NCBI RefSeq assembly: GCF_009914755.1
Contig: NC_060925.1
Source of the DNA: the human T2T-CHM13v2.0 reference genome, Homo sapiens
Direction: 5' to 3' (one strand)
Length of the DNA stretch: 64,000 nucleotides
Within the stretch, counting starts at the first letter, position 1. Every line of letters begins with the position of its first letter. This document shows positions 14,601 to 30,285 of this stretch, piece by piece. Under the pieces are notes generated by a model that did not search any database, was not told where the DNA came from, and saw nothing but the letters and a program-made list of their open reading frames with translations. A program made the position numbers and the translations under genes.

Positions 14601-15105
14601 AGTGAGGGCAGGAGGCAGATGTGGGGTTGGGGTTGCAGGAGAGCTCTCAACTTGTGAAAAGCAGTTGAGGAAGAGGGTAATCAGTCATATACAGTTCCTG
14701 GAAGATGGGATCCAGGGCCCTGTGGAGGGATCAGCCCCACAGGCAGAAGAGGCAGAAGCAGGGAGGAAGAGAGGTGGGTGCCGCAGTAGGCAAGATCTGT
14801 CTGGTTTGGGAGGATGAGGGGTTCCATTTTCCCCGTAAAGTAGGAGGCAAAGACATTGCCTGGATTAGTGAACATTGGAAATGTTGGAGGAGAGTGAGGG
14901 AATAGATTAGGGAAGAGGTGCGGGAGACCAGCTGGTAAACTGAAGGCCCACCTGAAGTTGGGGATTGTGAATTCATGGTAGATCCAGTCTGCCCAGGCAA
15001 CTCTTTTCTCCCTCCTTCCAAGGCCACATAAGCTCAATAATTGTTTCCAAGCTATCCTCCTCAATTGCCCGAAACAATGTCTGACAGCACTTCTCCCTTC
15101 CACAG

Positions 15106-15339
15106 ACTGTGCTCTTTTGGACCTGCGAGAAATATCCCCACTTTAAAGACTGGCAGGTCTTCAGCAAAGCATTTCTGCGCCTGGTGAGGAAACTGCACAA
15201 GTGCGTGAGCCAGCACTTCCTGAAACACTATTTCGTCCGGAACAGCAACCTCTTTCAGTGCACCAACCCGACTGAACTGGACACTGTGGCCCAAAAGCTG
15301 GCCACCTTCCTGAAGAACCCCCAGATCGGCCCGCCCTGA
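15106..15339 (+). CDS. MAB21L3: MAB21L3 terminal coding exon (TVLFWTCEK...NPQIGPP*)
   Basis: Acceptor caCAG ends at 15105 and TGA is at 15337-15339. Contains the LKHYFV..NLF Mab-21 motif. The five exons total 1041 nt in one frame (346 aa + stop). Confidence 0.96.
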   Translation, partial: TVLFWTCEKYPHFKDWQVFSKAFLRLVRKLHKCVSQHFLKHYFVRNSNLFQCTNPTELDTVAQKLATFLKNPQIGPP

Positions 15340-16239
15340 TGGTTGCCCCGGCCTGGGAGGCTCTTGGACATTTTATTCTGGCTTAACATTGTTCTTTGGA
15401 TGGTTCCTCAGTCAGGTGCCAGGATCCTGCCTAGGAGAAAGGCCACGAATGGCAGCGGAAATTACATCAAACCAGAAACACTTCAGCAGGGGGAAAACTG
15501 TGCCCCAGGATGTCTGGCCCAGGCCTCCCTGGAGCCCAGCAAGCATTTCTGCCCTAGCTAATTCTCCTGGAGACAGCTCTCATCAGGCTTCCCCAGGCAC
15601 AGATTTGGAACTGGTGACAGTTCTGAACTTAGTTTCCCTTGTTCAGGCTGTGATCGTCTCACAGTGAAGATGGAGACAGAACCCCTGGAAGTCTGGACAT
15701 GAGCCTGCTGGCCAATACTGTGCCCAGCCCACTGATCATGGGCACATTCTCCTGCCATTTGTAAAATGGGAATGTTAACGTGCCTACCTCTGAGCAGGGC
15801 TGTGTGCCTATGAAACTGTGCTGGCGCCTTTTCAAGGGGAAGGCATTGGATCAACACAAAGTGTTCCTGGTTGGTTGAGTAGCTGGTGTTTGCATCCTGG
15901 ATCGGTACCCACAGCACTGACGCAAAATTGCACCTGATGAGTTAGTGAGCCTGTGCTTCCTTGCTGCCCTCCAGCTTCCTTAGCATGTGGGTCAGTGGCT
16001 CCTGATGTTCTGTCTGCTTCGCTGGTATTCTCTAAGCAGGGAGGGGAATGGTTTTGATGATAAGTGTAAGTCAAAGATGAAAGTACAACTCTTGGCCTGA
16101 TCCCAACCATAGCCCTCTCTTTGCTTCCCATGCCATGGGCCATGGATGGAACTTCCTTATATATTTATGTAAATAACCTAGTACTATGATCTGCATGGAG
16201 TGACCTTAGGTGTCTGTCACTGCTCAGTGTGTTCCTTTG

Positions 16240-16680
16240 CTCACTTCATTCACTCACTCACTCATTGACAAATAATGCTCATTAGGCACCGGGAACACAG
16301 CAAAGAGCAAAGTGGATGAGGACCTCCCCCTGGGGATGCCACCTAATGGTGGAGACAAGAAATGAACGACAGATAAACACGCACAGTTATTACAGATGGA
16401 AGCAAGTGCTTCAAAGGAAATAAACAGAATGTTGAAGTAGAGTCCACAGAAAGGTCCCCGAAGGATGAAAATGCAAATAGCTGAAGGGGAAGGAAAAGTG
16501 ACCAAAGGCAGGCATGGTGGGGCTGGCATGAGTCAGAGCACCTGGCCTTGTAAAGCCAGGAAGGAATCAGTATTTTATTCTAAGATCAAAGGTGTGACAT
16601 TTGGCCTCTCCAGAAGCAGAAGAGTATCACGATCTGACTGCATTTTAAACAATTGTTCTGGTAACTGCATGAAGAAGGTC
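16240..16680 (-). mobile_element. L2 fragment in the presumed MAB21L3 3' UTR
   Basis: ttcattcactcactcactcatt... reverse L2 tail motif and degenerate body. Confidence 0.5.
16419..16424 (+). terminator. First canonical AATAAA I can find downstream of the MAB21L3 stop (candidate poly(A) signal)
   Basis: Hexamer seen directly, inside an old L2-like fragment. Usage cannot be shown from sequence. Confidence 0.3.
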
Positions 16681-16930
16681 TGGGGACTCACACAGGAGCT
16701 GGGCACTGAGTGCTCTTGAGCCACCCATTTGGAATTTCACAGAGGCCCACAAGGCAACATATTCTGTGTGGCACAACCGATCAGGAATTCTAGGAGTTCT
16801 CGGTGAGATCAATGGTTTTTTTCTGGCGTTTATGTAATGCTTCTCAACTCAAGGGGCTCCTTTATTACTTTTGAATGTTTTTGCCCAAATGTCTATACCA
16901 AAGATAAATTTCTAAAGCATGAACTACTGA

Positions 16931-20105
<3,175 letters not shown>

Positions 20106-20205
20106 AAAAGTACTGTAACCAAATGGTGGGGTCCCTAGGCTATCGTTTAATAAGTAATGATTTTAAAATATTGAAAAAAAAATTTCCAAACCAACAATGA
20201 GTTTA

Positions 20206-20512
<307 letters not shown>

Positions 20513-20612
20513 TTTAAAAAGAGCATATAAAATGGTGAACAAACTAACATTTTGTTAAATCATCAAAAATTTGTATTCTAATTCTCATATTCTTGTATCT
20601 TAGGAAACATCA

Positions 20613-20992
<380 letters not shown>

Positions 20993-21722
20993 TCACGGAA
21001 TGCTAAAAAGTGAAAATTGACTGTAACATTGGTTCAATATGTGTGTACGTGTGTGGAAAGGGAGGAACTGACGTGCGCCACAGTCTGATTCCGGTAGATT
21101 CTTTCCGTCTTTCCCCTGAGATCTGAGGGTTTTGCAGGAAGCAGGGCTACCAGCAGCTTCCTGCGTATTCCCAATTCTTGCCAGCAGAGGGCAGCAAGGG
21201 AACACATATGAAAGGAGCCAGGTCCCACCCATTCTCGTCCTCGGAGCCCAGCAGGTGTCACACTTCTCAGCCCGTAACTTACACCTGGTCCCTCCAGAGC
21301 AAGGATGAGTGGATTCCAGCTCATGCCAAATTGTTGACCTTTCCTGCCATTTTAGCCGAGATTTACATCTTTCTCCTTAAAACTCAGATTTTAAAAGGGA
21401 GCCTATGAGAGGACCGTCCATCCAGGCTCCCGGGGCATTCAGCTCCATTCTGTTTCCTGGGACAGATTGCACAGCTAAGAAAAGCCAGAGAATATTACTC
21501 CTTTATTCTGTTCTTTTTTTTTTTTAATTCTCCAAAAGACCGTTCAATCCTTCTTCACTCTTCCAGGCCCAAGACTAGGCGTGTAGAGGAATGGTTGGTT
21601 TTCAGCCACCGCAGTTGACCTGCCTGCGTCTGCATCCCAGTTCTGATGCCGAGGAGCTGCATGACCTTGGCAAGCTGTTTGGCCTTTCTGTGTCTCTAGT
21701 TCCTTCTCTCCAAAATGGGCAT

Positions 21723-22084
21723 TGTGATGGCCAGAATTGTGTCCACCACAATTCATAAGTTCAAGCTCCAACCCCCAGCACCTCAGAATGTGACTGTATT
21801 TAAAGAGGTGATTAAGTTAATAATAAAGAGGTGATTAGCTGATTCAGTCTGACGGGTATCCTTAAAGGAGAGGAGATTAAGCACACAGAGAGATGCCAGG
21901 GATGTGCATGCGCAGAGGGCAGCCACCCACAGACCAAGGAGAAAGGCCTCAGGAGAAACCAGCCTGTCCACACCTGCTCTTGGACCACCAGCCTCCAGAA
22001 CTGGGAGAAAATACATTTCTGTTATTTAAGTCACCTAGTCTGTGGTATTTGGTTATTTTCCTATGGCCCTAGGAAACTGTTACA
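21723..22084 (+). mobile_element. MLT1 (ERVL-MaLR) solo LTR
   Basis: TG...CA ends; cctcagaatgtgactgtattt and gcctccagaactgggagaaaatacatttctgtt motifs. Confidence 0.8.
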
Positions 22085-22648
22085 GGCATCATGAAAGAAT
22101 ATATACCTCATAGTGTTAATGAGAGCAACGAATGGAATGATGGATGTAAAAGGCTCTTAGTTGAGTACCTGGCATGGGATAACTGCTGAACAAATGTTTT
22201 CATTTTAGATGCCTACCCCTCGTGCTATTTGCCCATCTCTACCATTCCTGATAACTATACCAGACCACAGATAAATTCTTTGTAAAGAAAATATAAACCA
22301 TCACAGAGGAAACATGAGAAAATTTCACTGCAAATTCTGCAAGCCCATTCTCCCCTTCGTCCCTCTTGCTAAAATATAGAAGGTATCTCCCTGAAAGGCC
22401 AATTTCTCCACATGTGACAGCTCAGATGCCTCCCAGCTCTTCAGTCTTTCCATTTATTTCTTGTAGTTTCCTCCACATCCTCCCGCAATGGCCGCTTCAC
22501 TCTCTTCTCCCCTTTACTGTCCAGCTTCCTGAGTTACTATACGTGTATCTCCACCTACTCGCCTCATTCACTCTTTTTGTTTTTTTAAATTGTGAAATAT
22601 ATTTATACATGTGAGAATCTAACCTATTTAAAGAAGAATAATAAAGCA

Positions 22649-22935
22649 GGCTGGGCGCGGTGGCTCACACTTGTAATCTCAGCACTTTGGGAGGCTGAGG
22701 CGGGGGGAGTCACGTGAGGCCAGGAGTGTGAGACCAGCCTGTCCAACATGGCAAAGCCCCGTCTCTACCAAAAATACAAAAAATTATCCAGGCGTGGTAG
22801 TGCACATCTGCAGTCCCAGCTACTCGGGGAGGCTGAGGTGGAAGAATAGCTTGAATCTGGGAAGCAGAGGTTGCAGTGAGCCGAGATTGTGCCACGGCAC
22901 TCCAGCCTGGGCAACAGAGTGAGACTCTGCCTCAA

Positions 22936-22983
<48 letters not shown>
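22649..22983 (+). mobile_element. AluS with (AAT)n microsatellite tail (about 16 units, 22937-22983)
   Basis: Full dimeric Alu; the tail has converted to (AAT)n. Confidence 0.92.
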
Positions 22984-22985
<2 letters not shown>

Positions 22986-24068
22986 ACCAATATACTGTAC
23001 CTTGGTGAAAAATAGCACATTGTCAGTATACGGAATTCTCCTTGCTTCCCCTTCCTTCCAGCAGCCTCCTTCCTCCCAGACATAGGTAATCGTAGGTATC
23101 CCACATTTTATGTTAATCATTCTCATGTTTTTCTTTATAGTTCTACTTCCTACCATATTTCATTGAACTTAAGCTCCCGACATTGTAAGATGCATTATTA
23201 TTTCACCTCTAAGAAAGAGACTCACAAAATGAATGGTTTGGTTACAAAATTTTGGTTACAAAATGAATCTCAATTTTGAAGTGTTTGAAATGTCAAAAAA
23301 AGAGACATGGCTTAGAATCAACAAAATATGATCTGCATGCATCCCAAATTGTGTTTTTAGTTTTGACTGTTTCATTTATCTAAAGGCTTTACATACATGA
23401 AATCATACTGTATAAAGTCGTCTGTGATTGTTTCTCATGGCCACAGAGAAACAATCTTTTGAGATTGTTTTTATGCTTTTGAGACTCCCATGTGTGTCTT
23501 CATGTAGCAGTCGTTTATTCCTTTTCACCAATAAATAATATTCCACTGTGGGAATCTGCTGCTACACTTTATATATTCTTGTTACTGTAATTGGACATTT
23601 GCATTGTTTCCAGTTTTTGTGATTTGAATGATGTTTTTATGCTCATTCTTATACATCTTCAGATGCACACAAGTCTTTTAAGGGTGTACACATAAGAATA
23701 AAATGTAGGTTCACAGAATACATGAATGTTTAAATTTACTAAATATTGTCAAAATATTTCCAAAGTGATTACGCCAATCTAAATTCTCCATTTTAATATG
23801 GGTGGATTTTCAGCAACTTTCTCCATTATAATGGAGCACATTTTGCATCTTGTTTAAGGAATCCTTCTCTCTTTTCAGGTCATGGGAGTGCTCCTATATT
23901 CTCTAGAATTTTATAGCTATGGCTTTTAGGAGAAGTAGCTGTTCCTTATTTTTCCTATTCTATTCCAATAATATTGGGGTAATCTCTTTGCTGGAAAGTT
24001 TGGTTTAACTCATGTAAAGAACTGGCTGGACCTTCAGTTTTATTGCCAGGAGATATTTTACTATTAAT

Positions 24069-24330
24069 CTTTTTTTTTTTGTGGTAGGGGGGCGGAGGAG
24101 GGTACGGAATCTCGCTCTGTCGCCTAGGCTGGAGTGCAGTGGCGTGGTCTTGGCTCGCTGCAATCTCCGCCTCCCAGGTTCAAGCGATTCTCCTGCCTCA
24201 GCCTCCTGAGTAGCTGGGATTACAGGTGCACGCCACCACGCCCAGCTAGTTTTTATATTTTTAGTGAGATGGGGTTTCACCATGTTGGTCAGGCTGGTCT
24301 CAAACTCCTGACCTTGTGATTCACCCACCT
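24069..24330 (-). mobile_element. AluS lacking about 50 nt of its 5' end
   Basis: Reverse-complement Alu ending at ...gtgattcacccacct. Confidence 0.88.
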
Positions 24331-24341
24331 GTAATTACCCA

Positions 24342-24470
24342 CTCACGCCTGTAATCCCAACACTTTGGGAGGCTGAGGTGGGAAGATCACTTGAGCTCAG
24401 GAGTTGGAGACCAGCCTAGGCAACGTAGTGTGACCTCATCTCTATATTAATAAAATAAATAAATAAAATT
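24342..24470 (+). mobile_element. FLAM/AluJ left monomer, head-to-head with the preceding Alu
   Basis: ctcacgcctgtaatcccaacactttgggagg... followed by a (TAAA)n tail. Confidence 0.82.
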
Positions 24471-27400
24471 TAAAAAGAGAAATTCCTACCCTTTCTTCTT
24501 TTCTAAGTATAGAAATTTTTAAACGCCATTTTAGTGCAATTCCACAGGTTTTTTTTATAATTTATTTTTATTGTCTTCAAGTTCTATTTATTTTCTAGTT
24601 TCTACACTAATTTTAAGAAAATTGTTTCCAAACCTGTTGGGCTTCCTAGTTATGTTTTTGTTATTGATTTATCACTCAATTGCACTGTAATAACAACAAG
24701 TGATCTGAATGACCCCAATCCCTTGACATTAATTGAGGCCAGCTTTTTAGCTTAGCACTTCTTCATTGTTCTATGTACATACAAAGAAGATACACAAGTT
24801 TAGATGTAATGTCTAATAAATGTCAGTTATATCCTACAGTGCTCAAATTTTCTATATTTTATAGATTTATTGGGGGGGGCTGTATTTCCTAACATTTACT
24901 GAGAGAGTTGTTTTAAAATCTCTCATTATGATAATGGACTTTTCAATTTTTGTGTATGGTTTTGTCAAAATTGTGTTTAATGTACATTGAAATTATATTA
25001 TTAGGGCTGTATGGTTTAGAATTTTTATATCTTCCCAATTAATTGAAGCTTTTTCACTATAAAGTGACCTTTTTAAACTCTTGTAAACATTTTGCGTAAA
25101 TATTGATTTTTGTCAGTTATTAATACAATAATATCACTTTATTTTGGCTAGTAGTTGCCTGGTATATATTTTTCCATCCTTTAACTTTCTATCTGTTTGT
25201 ATACTTTATGTTGTTGATAACTGCATTCTTTATAAATGGCTGATTTTTTAAAAATCCCATCTGATAGTTGAGGTCTTTTGACTCTATGTTTAGTCCATTT
25301 ATATTTATTCGAATTGAAAATACATATGGATTCATTTCTATTCTTTTATTATTTACTTTCTATTTGACCTATTTTATAAATCCTCTGCCCCCCACTTTTC
25401 ATCTTTTTAAAATTAAGAGGTTTGTTTCTTCTTTTTAAATTTCTTTTTTTTCTTATTGGCTTGGAAAGTCCATACCCTATCTCTGTCCTTTTAATGGTTA
25501 CCAAGACTATTTACACATACCGACTAAATTGTGTAGATTAAAATCTAAAGCTAATCAATACCTTCATTTTCCTTTCTGACAAGGACTCAAAGGCTTTGGC
25601 TGCTATCAATCTCCCTACCACATTTTCTGCTGTTGTCATCCTGGATTTTGGTTCTAGACTATTTACCACACCCCTACACACATACACATAAATAAAATAG
25701 ATATTTTTATTACATTATTTTATATTTCTTATTTTATGCACATATTAGCCACTATGTTAACTCACTACTCTTTCTTGCATCTCGGATTTTCTATTAGGGA
25801 TCATTTTCCTTCTGCCTGGAGTAGATGCTCTACCGTTTTCTATAGTAACAGTATACAAAAGTAAACAGTTTTTATTTGTTTGAAACTGTTCTTATTCACC
25901 TGTATTCTTGAAAGGTAATTTCAATTTTATGTTGAAAAACAATTTTTTCAGCATATTAAAAATTCTTTCACTGTCTTCTGGCTTCTTTTGTTGCTTTTTA
26001 CAAGTCAGTCATTAGACTATTTGTTGTTTCTTTGTAGAGTACCTGCGTTATTCTATCTGGGCTCTTTTAATACTCTTTCTCTCTGTCTCTGTACCTCTTT
26101 CTCTTTTTTTTGGATTTATTAGGCCTCCTGAATCTGGGGAACTATTTCCAGTAATTCTGGGGAATTATCAGCCCTTAACTTTAAATATTGTCTCTTCCTC
26201 ATTCTCTCAGTATTCCATTGTAGAAGGAAACTCAATTTACATGTATAACACATTCTATCATTCTACCCTCTCTTTTACCTTCTCTTTTTAGAATTGGCAT
26301 CTTTTTTTTATCTCTCAGACCTGCATTCTCAGTAATTTCTTTGGATATAGCTTCCAATTGACTAATTCTCTCTTCAGCTGCCTCTAATCTATTGTTTAAT
26401 CTGTCCACTGAATGTTAAATTTCTAACGTTTCAGTTCTCATTTTTAGGAAGTCTGTTTGGTTATTTCTTAAACCTGCCTATTTGTTCTTTAAGGTCTCAT
26501 GTTCCTGCTTATGTTTGTACATAAACATAATAGATGTTTATGTTTTGTTTAAACATAATACAAAACATATTGTTTTACATATATCTTTTACATATATGTT
26601 TTACATATATCTTTTACATATATCTAAACAAAAGATATAAAACATATATCTTCTGTTTAAACATAATAGATACAATTGTTCTACATTCCATATCTGAAAA
26701 TTCTGTTTATTTTCCTTAAAACTTTATCAGTAGGAATTTGTTTGACATTTGATTTGAAGTTGAGGTATCTAAAAGGATTTGCTTTTAATTCTGCCAGTTA
26801 CCCAAGAGCATACCAACTCGAGACCATTTAAATTAAACTTGATGTTTGTGGTTTTTCAGGCCAATAGGTAAATGAATCCAGATAGAAAACATTTGAGGCT
26901 ATCTTGTGGTTAAAAATCCTTAGGGGATTTTTTTCCCCCTCCTTCCAGTGCTAAGGTCAAGGTAAGCAAGATGACTTCTTTATAGCAGGTTTATTCCTCA
27001 TTAACCCTTATTCTGAGAGCATGGGCATTTGAGCCAAATTCAGGCAGGGGAATCTTAGTCGATTCCCTACCCTTTGCAGGCCATAGGCATTCTCATCTGT
27101 TCCCTAGACTAGTACGGCTGACCATGAAAAGTTCCAGATTTCTAGGATCAGAAAACCTGTCAGAGCAAAACCTAGTTTTGCTCTCTCCTCATCTAGGGTT
27201 CTTAGTTTTATTTCATTTTTGGAGTCTGTGGATTTCTTTCCTTCTGATATTTTTCCTTCTACCTCAGAGACATATTTGTAAAGGTTTTGGAGTCCATATA
27301 TTTAATAGCATTTTAGCTCTTTCAGTTCGGAGGTCATCCAGAGTGCCTAATCTGCTATACTGCTGGGTACACAGGAAATTTCATCCAAACAAAACCTCAA

Positions 27401-27547
27401 GCCAGCTAGAAACTTCATTCAAACATAAACTCTTCCCACCTTATATGCAAAATCAAGTGCTACTTCTTGCTTCTCATTTTATACAATTTCTCAGAAGCAT
27501 TCAGCAGTCAACCCCTCCTCCTTGCACCCCTGTTTTCTCAGTCCCTG

Positions 27548-29097
27548 TGTGTCTGGAATTGGTGGGTTCTTGGTCTCACTGACTTCAAGAATGAAGCTGC
27601 GGACCCTCACGGTGAGTGTTACAGCTCTTAAGGTGGTGCCTCTGCAGTTTGTTCCTTCTGATGTTCAGATGTGTTTGGAGTTTCTTCCTTCTGGTGGGTT
27701 CGTGGTCTCGCTGGCTCAGGAGTGAAGCTGCAGACCTTCACAGTGAGTGTTACAGCTCTTAAGGCGGCGCGTCTGGAGTTGTTTGTTCCTCCCGGTGGGC
27801 TTGTGGTCTCGCTGGCTTCAGGAGTGAAGCTGTAGACCTTCGCGGTGAGTGTTACAGCTCATAAAAGCAGTGTGGACCCAAAGAGTGAGCAGTAGCAAGA
27901 TTTATTGCAAAGAGCGAAAGAACAAAGCTTTCACAGTGTGGAAGGGGACCCTGGGGGGTTGCCACTGCTGGCTCAGGCAGCCTGCTTTTATTCTCTTATC
28001 TAGCCCCACCCACATCCTGCTGATTGGTAGAGCCAAGTGGTCTGTTTTGACAAGGTGCTGATTGGTGCGTTTACAATCCCTGAGCTAGATACAAAGGTGC
28101 TCCACGTCCCCATCAGATTATTTAGATACAGAGTATGGACACAAAGGTCCTCCAAGGCCCCACCAAAGCAGCTAGATACAGAGTGTTGATTGGTGCACTC
28201 ACAAACCTTGAGCTAAACACAGGGTGCTGATTGGTGTGTTTACAAACCTTGAGCTAGATACAGAGTGCCAATTGGTGTATTTACAATCCCTGAGCTAGAC
28301 ATAAAGGTTCTCCAAGGCCCCACCAGAGCAGCTAGATACAGAGTGTCGATTGGTGAACTCACAAACCCTGAGCTAGACACAGGGTGCTGATTGGTGTGTT
28401 TACAATCCCTGAACTAGACATAAAGACTGTCCACGTCCCCACCAGACTCAGGAGCCCAGCTGGCTTCACCCAGTGGATCCCGCACTGGGGCTGCAGGTGG
28501 AGCAGTCTGCCAGTCCTGCGCCATGCGCTTGCACTTCTTAGCCCTTGGGCGGTCGATGGGACTAGGCGCCATGGAGCAGGGGGCGGCACTCGTCGGGGAG
28601 GCTCCCGGCCGCACAGGAACCCATGGAGGGGGTGGGAGGCTCAGGCATGGCGGGCTGCAGGTCCTGAGCCCTGCCCCGCGGTAAGGCAGCTAAGGCCCGG
28701 TGAGAAATCGAGCACAGCGCCAGTGGGCCGGCACTGCTGGGGGACCCAGTACACCCTCCGCAGCCACTGGCCCGGGTGCTAAGCCTCTCACTGCTGGGGG
28801 CCGGCAGGGCCAGCTGGCTGCTCCGAGTGCGGAGCCCGCCAAGCCCACGCCCACCCGGAACTCCAGCTGGCCCGCAAGTGCAGCACGCAGCCCCGGTTCC
28901 CGCTCACGCCTCTCCCTCCACACCTCCCTGCAAGCTGAGGGAGCCGGCTCTGGCCTTGGCCAGCCCAGAAAGGGGCTCCCACCGTGCAGCAGTGGGCTGA
29001 AGGGCTCCTCAAGTGCCGCCAAAGTGGGAGCCCAGGCAGAGGAGGTGCCGAGAGCAAGTGAGGGCTCTGAGGACTGCCAGCACGCTGTCACCTCTCA
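27548..29097 (-). mobile_element. LTR12C (ERV9) solo LTR, 1550 bp
   Basis: Minus strand reads TGAGAGGTGACAGCGTGCTGGC...CCAATTCCAGACACA. 4-bp TSD CCTG (27544-27547, 29098-29101). GC-rich U3, tandem CCAAT repeats, U5 repeats. Confidence 0.95.
27960..28400 (-). promoter_or_regulatory. LTR12C promoter core: 7 CCAAT (NF-Y) boxes and an AATAAA-type TATA
   Basis: ATTGG on + at about 28023, 28061, 28189, 28230, 28271, 28349 and 28390; TTTATT at 27987-27992 in the known ERV9 LTR TATA position. Confidence 0.7.
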
Positions 29098-29866
29098 CCT
29101 GTGACACCACTCCCTGCTTCTTCAGCTCCTTCTGAGTCTCTTTGGATTCCTTCTCTGCCCTCCCCTGAATCTTATCATCCTCCCCTTAAGGGCTTGGTCC
29201 TGGGCTCTCTTCTTTTCAGACTCTACTCACTCAGCCTAGCAATTTTAGCCACTCCTGTGGTTTCCAGTACTATCCACATTCCAAATATGCTCACATGTAG
29301 AGCTCCAGTCCGGCCTTCCTGTGCACTGCAGGCGGTTCCTATGAAATGCCACCACCTGATGCTTCACAAGCAGTTCCAACAAAACAAGGGTCAACCTGAC
29401 CCCCAAGGGTGAGCACCCCTCACTTTGCTCGGACAGAATCATGTAGTTAAGAAAATTCCTCAAGCTGATACTCTACAGGCTGTCAGTAGCTTTAAAGGCA
29501 ACATTTCTATCTTTTCTATCCCTAATTGTACAAAGGAAGCTCTTTTATTAGAATACCTAAGTACAACCTTCTCCACTGCCCACCATCTCCAAAGAGTGAA
29601 GACAGAAAGGAGGGAAATAGACTGGCTAAATGTGGAGTGGGAATAAAATGAAAGGAAAACTAAAAACCATTTCTTAATGTCTTTTTTACATAAAACATAA
29701 AATATGATGGTAAACATAGCCTAAAGAGAATTTTTTTCACCCACTGCAGACCTCCTTAAAGAAATTTTTTTAAAAGGTCAAATGTAACAAGTGGGTCTAT
29801 GATATTTTTGTAACCTGAAAAAGGCCAGGGACATCACTGAGAGTCTATGTGAGGAGGTGGAGAGAA

Positions 29867-30285
29867 TGTGTAGACTCTGTGATGTGCCACTCAGGTCCCT
29901 CCGGATGGAATGAAAGGCTTATTGCCCAGTGTGATCCCAGTGTCATTCTTCTTGGAGGATGACCTCACTGAAGAAAACTCTCTCAGCCAAAATTACTTCC
30001 CTTCTAGGGGCAGCCAGACACAAAGACTGATTAACGTGGGTGTGTAAAGGCCCAGGCCCCTCACCCCAACTCAGGACAACTCTGAAGGCCTGTTCTTAGC
30101 TGTAGAGCTTCTTCAGGATTGGTTGAGGCCTGTGTTGGGCTTGCATCACAGCTCAGCTATTTCCTCAGCTCAACTCTGCTTCCTTTCCCTGCCTTCACAG
30201 GTGTTGCTGTTGAGGGCGCTCCCTACTAAACATTCTGCTACGCATCTTTATCACCAAGCTGCCTTCCAGGGATTTCAATTTATGG
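29867..30285. mobile_element. LTR16-like (ERVL) old LTR
   Basis: Degenerate LTR16-type motifs (ggccccTcaccccaactcaggacaactctgaagg; ccttccagggatt). Subfamily uncertain. Confidence 0.5.

Larger units (their letters stand above)
23300..26730 (-). mobile_element. Ancient L1M body (interrupted by Alus)
   Basis: Long T-rich tract with degenerate antisense L1 motifs (tttagtccatttatattt, tctctcttcagctg). Boundaries approximate. Confidence 0.55.

Noticed and set aside
28359-29104. Overlapping 66-134 aa ORFs on both strands
   Set aside because: Stop-codon scarcity in the GC-rich LTR12C U3; no protein motifs.
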